Below are positions 44,000 to 54,568 of a stretch of 64,000 nt of DNA, in pieces. The DNA is taken from the NCBI GenBank assembly GCA_964533515.1, contig CAZHMB010000001.1:8640-72639 (forward strand), read 5' to 3'. The notes beneath the pieces are model-generated. The model searched no databases, was not told where the DNA came from, and worked only from the letters and a program-made list of their open reading frames with translations. Position 1 is the first letter of the stretch. Each line of letters starts with the position of its first letter. Both the position numbers and the translations under genes were made by a program. This stretch comes from Candidatus Woesearchaeota archaeon. GTDB taxonomy: Archaea > Nanobdellota > Nanobdellia > Pacearchaeales > GW2011-AR1.

Positions 44000-46744
44000 A
44001 TGGAAGAAAGTTCAAATCAGATTTTTAATTTTATGAAATCGAAAAAAGGGCAATGGTTATTGGTTGGGATTTTACTTTTAGTTATACTTATCGCAAGTTC
44101 TGCTATAAGGTTACAAAATCTTCCCCTGTTAGTTGATCAGACAACCGGAGAAAATATTCCCCTTGCATTAGATCCTTTTTATTTTTTGAGAATCGCAGAA
44201 ACGCTTGATGCGAACAATGGTCAGCTTCCTGCTATTGATGAAATGAGATATCCTGCTGAATCTCCAACGTTTTTAAAAGAACTCCATCCTTATGCTGTTT
44301 ATTACATCTTCAAAGTAACCAAGATATTTAATCCAGAAATAACTCTCAGGTATATCAATGTTATATCCCCGGTGATATTTTTTGCCTTAGGAATAATTGT
44401 ATTTTTCTTTCTTATCTTAGTATTGACAAAATCTAAAATTACGGCATTGGTCTCCTCCCTACTCCTTTCGTTGATTCCGTCTTATCTCTATAGGACAACG
44501 GCGGGTTTCTCTGATCACGAAGCCTCTGGGATAATTGCTTTTTTTTTGGTTCTTTTGGTTCTCACATTGGGAATGAAATCTTTAGATAAACAAAAAAACG
44601 AGCAAAACTCAAAAAGGAAAATATATTGGAGTTCCTTTTGGGGAATTCTCTTAGGTTTTGTTACTGCTCTGACAATAGCGAGTTGGGGAGGAATTGCAAA
44701 TTATGCCTTCATGATTGTTCCTTTAGCCTTTCTGTTGTTTTGGGTTTTGAAGACTCGGGAAACTGAGCAAACTTCATTTTCCCAGCTTCTTAACTATATT
44801 CTGTTTTATGTCTTGTGGTTGGTCTCTGGAATTTTCCTCTCTTCTCTGTTTGGATTTTCTCCTATAGAAATATTAAATCGGGCTGTATTTGGAACTCAAG
44901 GCCTGCTCACCCTATTTGCGTTGGGTTTTGTTGTTGTTGATGCTTTCTTTATATACTTATTAAGCAAGAAAAGAAGCGTCTGTCCAGAGATAATTAAGAA
45001 GAATGAAAAATTCAGAGTGATCTTTGTTTTGGGAATTGTATTAATTCTCGGTTTGATTGGCTTGCAGATCTTAAAAGGAAGTTTGATAACAGCAATTCAA
45101 GACATCATTAACCTTCTATTGAGGCCTGCTGGAACTGGAAGGCTTTCTGCAACTGTTGCTGAAAATGCTGCCCCTTATTTAAATGATTGGATTTCGCAAG
45201 CGGGCAAATTCTTTTTCTGGGTCTCGTTGATAGGGATTGTCTTTATTGGGTTTAATCTATCTAAAGGGGTTGAGAGTAAAAAAAGTAAAATTCTATTTAA
45301 CTTGCTCTGGATTACACTTATCGTGGGGATATTATTCAGTAGGATCTCTGCTAGTTCTGCTTTGGATGGAGATAACTTTTTGAGCCATTTAGTTTACTTT
45401 GGCAGCATCCTTATCTTTCTTGCGGGGATAATGAAAATTTATTTTAGTTCTCGGATAAAGATTAGACCAGAACTTTTGGTTGTCTCTTCGTGGACCCTTC
45501 TTATGCTAATCTCTGGAAGATCAACAATCAGGGTTTTATTTATAATGACCCCGTTTTTTTGTTTTGCTGGTGCTTACACTTTAATAAACTTTTATTCTCT
45601 CTTTAAGAAGAATAAAGATGAACTGGTAAAAATCTTTTCGATTATTGGAATTATCGTAATTGCAATTATGCTTGTTATAAGCATCGGAAGATTTTATTCA
45701 ACATCGAGTGAACAGGCAAAATACACTGGACCTTCTGCGAATGCTCAATGGCAACAGGCAATGAAATGGGTGAGAGAAAATGCAGGGGAAGACTCTATAT
45801 TTTTACATTGGTGGGATTATGGTTATTGGGTACAAACTCTTGGGGAGAGAAAGACTGTGGCTGATGGGGGTCACACCGAGGGTGAATTTCAAGACCACCT
45901 TATTGGAAGATATGTCCTTACAACCCCCAATCCTAATTCTGCTTTAAGCTATATGAAATCGCACAAGGTTTCTCATTTATTAATTGATCAAACAGATTTA
46001 GGAAAATACGGGGCGTATTCTAGAATTGGCAGCGATGAAACCTTGGAAGATCGGGTAAGTGCTATTCCACTAATGTCCTTAGACCCTAAACAGACTCAAG
46101 AAACTTCAAACGAAACTATTAATGTTTATGTTGGAGCAATGACTGTTGATGAAGACATTATTTACACGCCGGATAATGGGACCCAGATATTTCTACCGGA
46201 CAATCGGGCACTTGTTGTGGGGGTTATAACCAGAACAAAACAAGATTCAGATTCCGGAACTTTGCTTCAGCCAGAAGCTGTTTATATTTATAATAATAAG
46301 CAGTATAGAATTCCTGTTAGATACATCTATTTTCAAGGACAGATAATGGACTTTGGTTCTGGTATCGAGGCTACTTTTATGATTGTCACTTCAGCCCAGC
46401 CCACTGGCCAGAGTGTTAGTATTAACCCTGTTGGAGTTGGAATCTACTTGTCTCCGATGGTCTCTAAATCTCTCTTTGCAAGATTATATTTAATGGACGA
46501 TCCTTTCGAACAATACTCTTCTTTAAAACTCGTCCATGAAGAAAATGACTTTGTCGTTGAAAGTCTGCAACAGCAAGGAGTTATTGAAAATGATCAGGAG
46601 TTTGTATATTACCAAGGTTTTAGGGGACCCATAAAAATATGGGATACGGCAGAGATTCCGGAGAATATTATTGCTTATGAAGAATTAACGGATAGATACT
46701 CTGAAGAATGGGCTAAATTTGACAACTGGGGGTTTATTGAGTAA
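44000..46744 (+). CDS. aglB: oligosaccharyltransferase AglB/STT3
   Basis: DPFY, GFSDHE, TVAE, WWDYGYW, many TM helices. Confidence 0.95.
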   Translation: MEESSNQIFNFMKSKKGQWLLVGILLLVILIASSAIRLQNLPLLVDQTTGENIPLALDPFYFLRIAETLDANNGQLPAIDEMRYPAESPTFLKELHPYAVYYIFKVTKIFNPEITLRYINVISPVIFFALGIIVFFFLILVLTKSKITALVSSLLLSLIPSYLYRTTAGFSDHEASGIIAFFLVLLVLTLGMKSLDKQKNEQNSKRKIYWSSFWGILLGFVTALTIASWGGIANYAFMIVPLAFLLFWVLKTRETEQTSFSQLLNYILFYVLWLVSGIFLSSLFGFSPIEILNRAVFGTQGLLTLFALGFVVVDAFFIYLLSKKRSVCPEIIKKNEKFRVIFVLGIVLILGLIGLQILKGSLITAIQDIINLLLRPAGTGRLSATVAENAAPYLNDWISQAGKFFFWVSLIGIVFIGFNLSKGVESKKSKILFNLLWITLIVGILFSRISASSALDGDNFLSHLVYFGSILIFLAGIMKIYFSSRIKIRPELLVVSSWTLLMLISGRSTIRVLFIMTPFFCFAGAYTLINFYSLFKKNKDELVKIFSIIGIIVIAIMLVISIGRFYSTSSEQAKYTGPSANAQWQQAMKWVRENAGEDSIFLHWWDYGYWVQTLGERKTVADGGHTEGEFQDHLIGRYVLTTPNPNSALSYMKSHKVSHLLIDQTDLGKYGAYSRIGSDETLEDRVSAIPLMSLDPKQTQETSNETINVYVGAMTVDEDIIYTPDNGTQIFLPDNRALVVGVITRTKQDSDSGTLLQPEAVYIYNNKQYRIPVRYIYFQGQIMDFGSGIEATFMIVTSAQPTGQSVSINPVGVGIYLSPMVSKSLFARLYLMDDPFEQYSSLKLVHEENDFVVESLQQQGVIENDQEFVYYQGFRGPIKIWDTAEIPENIIAYEELTDRYSEEWAKFDNWGFIE

Positions 46745-47088
46745 TGGAAACCTCGATATACATAATTCTAATTGTCTTAATATGCGCGCTTCTTGGTGCG
46801 ACGGGGCAAATTATGTTTAAGCTCTCGGCAGACAAATTTTCGTTTAATCCGCTGACCTGGCTCAAAAACTGGCATTTTCTTGTAGGGGTTTTACTTTATG
46901 GTTCCTCAGCAATTTTATTTGTTTGGAGTTTGAAACACGGAGATCTATCAATATTATATCCTATAATAGCAACAAGTTATATCTGGGTTGTTTTGCTTGC
47001 CACATTTATATTAAAAGAGGATTTTCCAATAGTTAAGTGGCTTGGAGTTATTCTTATTCTATTGGGAATTGTGGTGATAACGAAATAA
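46744..47088 (+). CDS. EamA/SMR-like small transporter (ArnE/F-like)
   Basis: 4 TM, GQIMFK, LSILYP..ATSY. Confidence 0.85.
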   Translation: METSIYIILIVLICALLGATGQIMFKLSADKFSFNPLTWLKNWHFLVGVLLYGSSAILFVWSLKHGDLSILYPIIATSYIWVVLLATFILKEDFPIVKWLGVILILLGIVVITK

Positions 47089-47798
47089 TGCAAAAGGAAA
47101 AATTATCTCTTATAATCCCTGTGTATAACGAAGAAGAGAGTCTTAGGAATCTTATAAAAAAAGTTTTGGAAGTTAAGCTTCCCTTAGAAAGAGAGATTAT
47201 TATCGTCGACGATTGTTCGAAAGACGATAGTTATAAAATTGCTTTGGAACTTTCGGAGAAAAATAAAAGAATTAAATTAATAAAACATGGAAAAAATATT
47301 GGGAAAGGCGGGGCAATAAGAACCGGTTTGAAAAATGTCGGGGGAACAATAATTGGAATTCAGGACGCCGATTTAGAATACAATCCGAAGGAGTATTCAA
47401 AACTTATAAAGCCGATTTTGGAAAATAAAACAAAAATCGTTTATGGATCTAGATTTCTAGGAAAGAAAGGGTCACAAGGTTCCTTTATATTTTATATGGG
47501 AAATAGAGCTCTTTCTTGGACTACTGGCTTGTTGTATGGGCAAAAAATAACAGATATGGAAACCTGCTACAAATTTTATAGGAGAGAACTCTTGAAAAAA
47601 ATAAAGTTAAAATCCGATGGTTTTGATATCGAGCCGGAGATAACCGCGAAATTTTTAAAGTGTGGATATAAAATATTGGAAGTTCCAATAACTTATCTGC
47701 CCCGTACGAAAAAAGATGGCAAAAAGATTAAGGTAAAGGATGGTTTTGTTGCACTTTGGGTTTTATTGAAACAGAAGTTTGAGAGAATTAATTATTAA
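47088..47798 (+). CDS. GT2 glycosyltransferase (DPM1-like)
   Basis: IIPVYNE, VDDCSKD, GKGGA, QDADLEY, DMETCYK. Confidence 0.93.
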   Translation: MQKEKLSLIIPVYNEEESLRNLIKKVLEVKLPLEREIIIVDDCSKDDSYKIALELSEKNKRIKLIKHGKNIGKGGAIRTGLKNVGGTIIGIQDADLEYNPKEYSKLIKPILENKTKIVYGSRFLGKKGSQGSFIFYMGNRALSWTTGLLYGQKITDMETCYKFYRRELLKKIKLKSDGFDIEPEITAKFLKCGYKILEVPITYLPRTKKDGKKIKVKDGFVALWVLLKQKFERINY

Positions 47799-49320
47799 GA
47801 TATTGTGCAGTAATATCTTTTACTCCAAAAATAAGTGCGGTGGAATTTTCATAATCTTCACTTCCTAGCCCAAATTTTGGACTTTGCTCCTTATTAATTA
47901 GATTTACTAAAATAGTTATCCCTATTGGTCTTCCTTGAGGGGTTCTTGAATTGATAATAATTTTTCCGGATTCCCCCTGCATATATGGGCCGGTTAACCA
48001 GGGGTGCAAATTGTCGGCAAAGATAAAAATATTTTCCTTGGAGAGGGATTCTTGCAAAAGCCAATTTACCCCTTCACTATAATACATAAGATCTTTATTG
48101 TTTGAATAAAGAGAATATACTGCAACGTCAGGAACTACGTAAATGGAACCTTTAGGTAGATTTACATCGGCCCATGATACGGCATCTCTTACAGAATCAT
48201 ATCTGCTTATTGTCTTAATTGTTGTTTCTTGATTAATAATTCCGGAGAAAAGTATAACCATCTGAATAACTAGGATAACCAAAAGGATGATTACTATTAA
48301 TTTATTTTTTGTTTTTGTTTTTCTAGTAAATCTTTCAGTGAAGAAGACAATGCCAAAAGAACAGAAAAGAGAGATTACTGGAAGGATGCTTGCATAAAAC
48401 CTGAAGATTCCACCCCCCCACCAAATAGAATGAATAATAAAATAAACAAAAAGCCAGACTAGAAACATTTTTGCAAGATTATTTTTTGACTTTATCAGAG
48501 ATAAAATCCCCATTAAAGAGAATGTGGAAAATAGGGGGCCCAAATAAAAGAAAAGTTTTGAAAAAGAGACTAACCCCTTGAAAAAGCCAACATTAAATTG
48601 ATTTGAATAAGAAGTATAAAATGGATTATGGAAGGCCATAAAGTTTCTAATCAACCAAGGACTCACAACTAAAATCCCAAGAAAGATTCCAATCAGAAAT
48701 TTATCTGAGAGGATAATCTCTTTTGTTCTCTTAAAATTTCTTAACAAAAGATATAACATTGGAAGTATCAGGAATGCCCCCGGATAACGAATTAAAATGC
48801 AATACGCCAAGGTGGGAAATGCTAGAAGGAAATATTTGGTGTTTTCAAATCCTTTTGCAAAGAGAAATAGGCCCAATAACGAAAAGAACATGAAGGGCAT
48901 CTCAGTCATGACTGATACTGAATTGAATAAAAAAAGATTGTGGGCCGCGAGTAAAAAGGCTGCAATTAATCCCACTTCCTTAGAGAAAGATTTTCCTACG
49001 TTGTAAGTCAAAACAATTGTAAGAAGCGCCAAGATTCCCATTAAGATTAATCCTGCAAGTTGAACATTCCCTAGCAACAGGTAAAAAGGCAGAATCAAAA
49101 CCGGTAACCCTGGGGGGTATTGGGAATGGGGATAAACTCCTTCAAGAGTATAGCCATTTCCGTCCGCAAGATTTTTTGCTAAAGACATTTGCCAATGGGA
49201 ATCTTGTGCCCATTGAGTTCCTGTTTGAGAGGCTAAATAAACCCAAACCAAGAGAAAAATAATGCAGATCCCTAACAAGAGTAAGTTCTCTCGAGATTTA
49301 TACTTTGAAAAATTAAACAT
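47788..49320 (-). CDS. GT-C fold (GT39/ArnT-like) membrane glycosyltransferase
   Basis: QDS, YPPGLP, MTEMP, PWLIRN, multiple TM. Confidence 0.85.
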   Translation of the reverse strand: MFNFSKYKSRENLLLLGICIIFLLVWVYLASQTGTQWAQDSHWQMSLAKNLADGNGYTLEGVYPHSQYPPGLPVLILPFYLLLGNVQLAGLILMGILALLTIVLTYNVGKSFSKEVGLIAAFLLAAHNLFLFNSVSVMTEMPFMFFSLLGLFLFAKGFENTKYFLLAFPTLAYCILIRYPGAFLILPMLYLLLRNFKRTKEIILSDKFLIGIFLGILVVSPWLIRNFMAFHNPFYTSYSNQFNVGFFKGLVSFSKLFFYLGPLFSTFSLMGILSLIKSKNNLAKMFLVWLFVYFIIHSIWWGGGIFRFYASILPVISLFCSFGIVFFTERFTRKTKTKNKLIVIILLVILVIQMVILFSGIINQETTIKTISRYDSVRDAVSWADVNLPKGSIYVVPDVAVYSLYSNNKDLMYYSEGVNWLLQESLSKENIFIFADNLHPWLTGPYMQGESGKIIINSRTPQGRPIGITILVNLINKEQSPKFGLGSEDYENSTALIFGVKDITAQYLNN

Positions 49321-49376
49321 AAATGTAATAGATTCAAAACATATATAAAGTTTATTGTAAAAGATAAATTATCAAA

Positions 49377-49889
49377 ATGGGACTAAAATTAAACCTTGGA
49401 GGTGGGCCAAACAAATTAAAGGGGTACGTCAATTGTGATTGGTGCAAAGATATTGGAGTAGATAAAGTCTTTGACATGAATAAAATGCCTTGGGCATTCG
49501 ATGATAACTCAGTTAGTGAGATTGTGATGTGCCATGTTTTGGAACATTTTCATGAGCCAATAAAAATACTAAAAGAAATTTATAGAATTTGTGAGAATGG
49601 AGCGATTATTAAAATAAATGTCCCTTATTTTTCACACGAAAGTGCCTATTCCATGCTGGATCATTACCACCAATTTACTTGGACGAGTTTTGATGCTTTG
49701 GATCCTAAACACCCTTGCCATTGGCAATCTATCGGAAAATTTAAAACAATAAAGAAAAAATTGTTGTGGAGAAAACAGATGAAATTTTGTGAGCTAATTT
49801 TTAATAGAATGCCTCGAATTTATCAAGAAGTTTTCTGCTGGATTTTCCCTGCAAAAGATCTATACATTGAACTTGGAGTGGTGAAATGA
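49377..49889 (+). CDS. class I SAM methyltransferase-domain protein
   Basis: KLNLGGG, HVLEH, EIYRI. Confidence 0.85.
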   Translation: MGLKLNLGGGPNKLKGYVNCDWCKDIGVDKVFDMNKMPWAFDDNSVSEIVMCHVLEHFHEPIKILKEIYRICENGAIIKINVPYFSHESAYSMLDHYHQFTWTSFDALDPKHPCHWQSIGKFKTIKKKLLWRKQMKFCELIFNRMPRIYQEVFCWIFPAKDLYIELGVVK

Positions 49890-49943
49890 AGGCTATGAAG
49901 ATTCATCCGCAAAAGGTAAAAGGAATTATTCATAGTGAATTTT

Positions 49944-50087
49944 TTATTTAAAGATAATCCAGTCGGTTCCATATCCCCATACTACCTTTTTACCTATAGA
50001 TTCACCAAATTGATTTACGGCATTGATAACATCTCTAAAAAATTCTACATAATCATGCCCAGAGATAATGCCACCTTTTTTAATGTT
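49944..50087 (-). pseudogene. C-terminal remnant of a class I SAM methyltransferase (Methyltransf_24-like)
   Basis: Start-less frame NIKKGGIISGHDYVEFFRDVINAVNQF...DWIIFK*, preceded by in-frame TGA inside the radical SAM gene end. Confidence 0.65.
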
Positions 50088-51183
50088 TCAAATAGGTCTT
50101 TGTGAAGAATCGTCCAAAGATGTTTACAAAAGACCTCTTGATAATCTTTAGTGTCCTTATTCTTACCAATCTCTCCATTGTCCTCGTTTTTATATCCTTT
50201 ACAGAATACCTTTTCCTGCACAATTCACAAGAATCGCATAGTCCCTTTATTCCTCCGCTCTCTATACTTTTTAATGCCCTCTCATGATTCTCTTTGAACA
50301 AGGAAGCGTAATCATCTTTAAGAAGATTACCCAAAATGCCTTTCAATCCGTAATCCATACAACACACAGTCACATCTCCAGATGGTAGCAATATATTTCG
50401 TTGAAGAAGTGGACTATCTGCACAATAATATTCTCCACTTCTTTTCTCAAACTCGGTGAACTCTTTTACATTTGACCTATTTTCTATTATGCCTTTTACC
50501 ACTTTTACTTTACATCTTTTTAGAATATTTATAATATCCTTGTGTATGGTGTCAAAATAAACTAGACTAAACTTATCCTTATCTACCCTATTTGTGGGCT
50601 GATTCTTTAGAATAAACTCTAATAACTCTAGATAATCATTGTCTACATTAATCCTTGTTTTATCCTCATTGTCTGGGATATGAATAGTAAAAAAGAAGAA
50701 TGGCAAGTCTTTTAGACGAAGATAGTCTTTCTTCGTTAATCCCACTAGTGTTGTATATATAGATACATTGTCATGTCCTTCAGAAAAAGTATGTAATATC
50801 ATTTCTGTGCAATCCGGATTTAAGAATGGTTCCGCCATTCCTGCGAAGTTGATTGTAATATCTTTGGGTATTTTGGATAGACATGTTTTAAAATTATCTA
50901 AAGTAAGAACCATTTCATTTGATCTTTTTAAATAATTATTAATAAGTAATTTTTGTGGACAATAGGAACAATTATTTCTACATCCAATTCTTGTTGTAAT
51001 GTCCATTCCTTTTTTACTATCTGGTTTTGCTTTCGTCTTCTTGGCTGTCTCGCTTTGCAAGCCACCGGTTCCACCCCGACGATTTTCGTGTTTATGAGAA
51101 CTATCCCCACTTATTACACTACCCCTTTTCGCACCAAAGCCCTCTAGCCCTCCAGCTTGCAACACTTCTTCGTTTCCTTCCAT
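50080..51183 (-). CDS. radical SAM / SPASM-twitch domain protein
   Basis: CRNNCSYC, AGMAEPF, GDVTVCCMDY, CDSC. Confidence 0.9.
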   Translation of the reverse strand: MEGNEEVLQAGGLEGFGAKRGSVISGDSSHKHENRRGGTGGLQSETAKKTKAKPDSKKGMDITTRIGCRNNCSYCPQKLLINNYLKRSNEMVLTLDNFKTCLSKIPKDITINFAGMAEPFLNPDCTEMILHTFSEGHDNVSIYTTLVGLTKKDYLRLKDLPFFFFTIHIPDNEDKTRINVDNDYLELLEFILKNQPTNRVDKDKFSLVYFDTIHKDIINILKRCKVKVVKGIIENRSNVKEFTEFEKRSGEYYCADSPLLQRNILLPSGDVTVCCMDYGLKGILGNLLKDDYASLFKENHERALKSIESGGIKGLCDSCELCRKRYSVKDIKTRTMERLVRIRTLKIIKRSFVNIFGRFFTKTYLKH

Positions 51184-51306
51184 AAAATAATTGTCTAAAT
51201 AAACTTTATAAATCTAACTTTTTCATCTATTCTCCTGTAGCCCCTTTTTGACATTTCATAATTTTAAAAAGGTAATGGGATGCAACTATTTTTCAGTTTT
51301 AATTAA

Positions 51307-52248
51307 TTACCAGGCAGAGTAGAAAGATTGCCGGATACCAGATTCAAATTTTCCACTGGCCGACCCATGTTCAAAAAAAGGGGGGTGCGCATGCCTGCAA
51401 TCAGTGGTGATATTTTCAGCTAATTGCATAATAAACAACTTGTTAAGAAGCCAGTCAGAACCAAGATATCTCAGAGATGGATTTTTTGTTAAGAAGTGAT
51501 TAAATATCATCAACTGTTTTTTATTCAGAAGATAGCAACAAGTGGTATTAGTGGCCGGTCTTGAGTAATGTCTGAATTCAGCAGACCTTCGAGTCTCTAA
51601 CTCGCCAAGCCCCAAAGAGTCTAAGTCAAAGCCCCCACCTAAATCCATATACAAAGGACTTTTTGTGGTGTTCTTAAGTTGTAACAATAGATTATGCAAT
51701 TTTATAACAGAGTCCTTTTTGAAGATAGCGTCATCTTCAAAAACCAACAGGTAGTCAGTATTTCCATATAAAGAATTATCTATGGCACTCAGATGTTTAT
51801 TCGATAGTATCATTTCTATTGCACAAGATTTTAACCACCCACGTAAACGTCTAGGATGAGAATATTTGATAATTGATTTAATAACAAACTTCGCGAAATG
51901 AAAGGGCAAAAAGGGATTTCTAACCTTTCTATATCTCGCCCATTCTCTGTCTAGTTTCCAGTACATAATGTCTCTAAAGATGCCCATCTTTAAACTCACC
52001 GGCCTTATTTTGGGTTGGTATCCGATTTCATCTATTGTTGTTTCTATATTAGGAGTAAGTTTTTTGGAAAGAGAGGCTATGTTGGGCCTTATTTTATTCA
52101 GCCGGGCCTTATCATTATTATGGATTAGTGCAATCGTCAGTTTTATTTTTCTAAAAGACTCCCGGTCATTATTCAGATGGCCCATACAAATCAGGCAATT
52201 TACCCCTTTATATATTTTAGGGTCAATCACCTTTACTGTACAATCCAC
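51307..52248 (-). CDS. hypothetical protein, GT25-like
   Basis: KHLSA...LVFEDDA, TCCYL, FEHGS. Start uncertain. Confidence 0.65.
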   Translation of the reverse strand: MDCTVKVIDPKIYKGVNCLICMGHLNNDRESFRKIKLTIALIHNNDKARLNKIRPNIASLSKKLTPNIETTIDEIGYQPKIRPVSLKMGIFRDIMYWKLDREWARYRKVRNPFLPFHFAKFVIKSIIKYSHPRRLRGWLKSCAIEMILSNKHLSAIDNSLYGNTDYLLVFEDDAIFKKDSVIKLHNLLLQLKNTTKSPLYMDLGGGFDLDSLGLGELETRRSAEFRHYSRPATNTTCCYLLNKKQLMIFNHFLTKNPSLRYLGSDWLLNKLFIMQLAENITTDCRHAHPPFFEHGSASGKFESGIRQSFYSAW

Positions 52249-52313
52249 GGGCAGATGTCCCTTGCCTCTACAGTAAAAAAAAGATTTATAAATATGTTTA
52301 AATTTGAGAGTCT

Positions 52314-53369
52314 ATGAAAATCAGAGAAGTATTTAATTCAGATAAACTTCTTGCAATAGCCCCCTTTGTTGCAAAATATACATCTAAATATGGAACAATA
52401 TTATATGATCTAAAAAGTTTAATACATTCCCATATCCTAAAAACAAAGATTACTAAAGAACCAAATATGAAAGATGTTATTAAAAATGGGCTCCTAATAG
52501 GAACGACAACAATATGTAATGGTAATTGTACCTTTTGCCCATATAGATATTTTGAAGATAAGAAAGAGTCTATGGATTTTAATACATTTAAAAAAATAAT
52601 TGATGATTACTATTCATGTGGAGGGAGAAAAGTAGAATTAACTCCAACCCAGGGAGAGCCATTGCTTGATAGGGGATTTTTCGAAAAAATAAAATACCTA
52701 AACAAAAAAGGTATTTCTTGTACATTTTGCACAAACGGCATCTTGTTAGAAAGAAACATAGAAAAACTTATAAAATTAAAAGTGAAAGATATAGCGATAG
52801 ATATTGGGGACATAATACCCGAAAATGACTCTAAGGTTTTTCAAATACCAATAGAATTGTCTAAAAAGAAAATTAATTCAATTCTAAAGTTACTAGAGAG
52901 AGCAAAAGAAACTGGGTGGGATGCTAGAATTTCCATCTTTTTTAGACCACTAAGAAGCCCATCAAAAGTTTTTAAAGATTTAAAGAAGTCTAAATTTTGG
53001 AAGTATTATAAAGAAGGATTATTATATTTTCAATTTTTGCAAGTATACGATAACTGGGGTGGAAGTATTACAAAAAAAGATTTGATAGGAAATCAGGAGC
53101 TTAAAAGACCAACAGGTATAAGAAAATTTCCCTGTGCTAATTTCTATAAATTGGCTTTTCTTCCCAATGGCGACGCTAGGGTCTGTGGATGTCGTTGTGA
53201 TAAAACACTTAAAGATGATTTGGTTGTTGGAAACATAAATGAAATAAGTCTAAAGGATATTATAAAATCAAAGAGATGGAAAGACATTATCAAAAACAGT
53301 AAAGGGGGGGAACTTCCAAGCGTATGCAAAAAGTGTAGCTTTTTTGAACCAATATTTAAAAATGATTAA
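52314..53369 (+). CDS. radical SAM / SPASM-twitch domain protein
   Basis: CNGNCTFC, GEPLLD, TNG, NGDARVC, CKKC. Confidence 0.92.
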   Translation: MKIREVFNSDKLLAIAPFVAKYTSKYGTILYDLKSLIHSHILKTKITKEPNMKDVIKNGLLIGTTTICNGNCTFCPYRYFEDKKESMDFNTFKKIIDDYYSCGGRKVELTPTQGEPLLDRGFFEKIKYLNKKGISCTFCTNGILLERNIEKLIKLKVKDIAIDIGDIIPENDSKVFQIPIELSKKKINSILKLLERAKETGWDARISIFFRPLRSPSKVFKDLKKSKFWKYYKEGLLYFQFLQVYDNWGGSITKKDLIGNQELKRPTGIRKFPCANFYKLAFLPNGDARVCGCRCDKTLKDDLVVGNINEISLKDIIKSKRWKDIIKNSKGGELPSVCKKCSFFEPIFKND

Positions 53370-53464
53370 ATTGTCAAAACGTTTAGAAAAAAATAGAACT
53401 AATAATAAAAAATGGGGAAAATCAGAGTTTCTCTGATTAGGAATAAAAAGGAAATTACTTGACA

Positions 53465-54568
53465 ATGAAGAAGATAAAAATTTATTTGCAAAAACCTTGG
53501 AGATTTTCTGAAGATTCACAATATTATGAATCTCTTTGTGGGGAACCTCCAAAAGGAATTGAATATGTTTCTCAAAATAAAACTCAGCTACTTCAAAAGG
53601 GTAGTCGGGTGGCGATATTTGATTTAGTAAAAATATTAATAAGAAAATTGGTTGATAAATTTTATCCTTCTATGCCCAATGCACATTATGACAAAGATGC
53701 AGGCAAGTACGATCTTATCCACTGCATTAGGTGTATTCCTAAGACAAAGAAACCATGGGTTTGCGATCTTGAATTTGCGGGAAGCTTGTGGATCAAGGGC
53801 TATGGAACCTTAAAAGATAAAAAAAAGGTTCTTGGATATCTAAAGAGCCCTTATTGCAAAAAAATTCTTCCGTGGACAAAATGGTGTGCGAGGGAGATAC
53901 AAAGAATTTTTCCAGAGATAAGTGATAAGGTGGAAGTTGTTTATCCGGCTATTAGAGAAAGAAAATTTAAGAAGTTGAAAACAGGAAAGACCATTCTGCT
54001 TTATGTTTCAAGAAGATTTTATTTCAAAGGAGGTTTATATGCTTTAGAGACCATGGATAAAATAACTAAAAAAAATAAAAATGTTGAGGGGTGGGTTGTT
54101 TCAGATGTGCCAAAAGAGATCTATGATAAATACCGGGCAAACCCCCAGATAAAATTTATTGGAACAAAATCACATGCAGAACTTTTCGAAGAGATTTATC
54201 CTAAAGCAGATATTTTTTTATATCCTAGTTTCACAGATACTTTTGGCTATGTAATTTTAGAGGCGATGAGTTTTGGATTACCAGTTATAAGTGCCAGCGG
54301 ACAATCGCGAAAAGAGTTAATAGAAGATAATGTCACCGGGAGGATAATTGAGTCGGGGTTGGGTCCAAATCCAGATCCCAGAGATTTGGAAAAGCTAGAT
54401 GAAAAGATAGTAAATAAATTAGTTAATGCCACGTTTAAACTCATTAAAAATAAGGGTTTAAGAGACAAAATGTCTAAGAAGTGCATAGCTGAAACGACCA
54501 TTGGTAAATTTTCTATTGAGAGAAGAAATAAAAAATTAAAAAAGATAATTTCGGAGGCGTTAAGATGA
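53465..54568 (+). CDS. GT4 glycosyltransferase
   Basis: YFKGG, PSFTDTFGYVILEAMSFGLPVI. Confidence 0.92.
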   Translation: MKKIKIYLQKPWRFSEDSQYYESLCGEPPKGIEYVSQNKTQLLQKGSRVAIFDLVKILIRKLVDKFYPSMPNAHYDKDAGKYDLIHCIRCIPKTKKPWVCDLEFAGSLWIKGYGTLKDKKKVLGYLKSPYCKKILPWTKWCAREIQRIFPEISDKVEVVYPAIRERKFKKLKTGKTILLYVSRRFYFKGGLYALETMDKITKKNKNVEGWVVSDVPKEIYDKYRANPQIKFIGTKSHAELFEEIYPKADIFLYPSFTDTFGYVILEAMSFGLPVISASGQSRKELIEDNVTGRIIESGLGPNPDPRDLEKLDEKIVNKLVNATFKLIKNKGLRDKMSKKCIAETTIGKFSIERRNKKLKKIISEALR

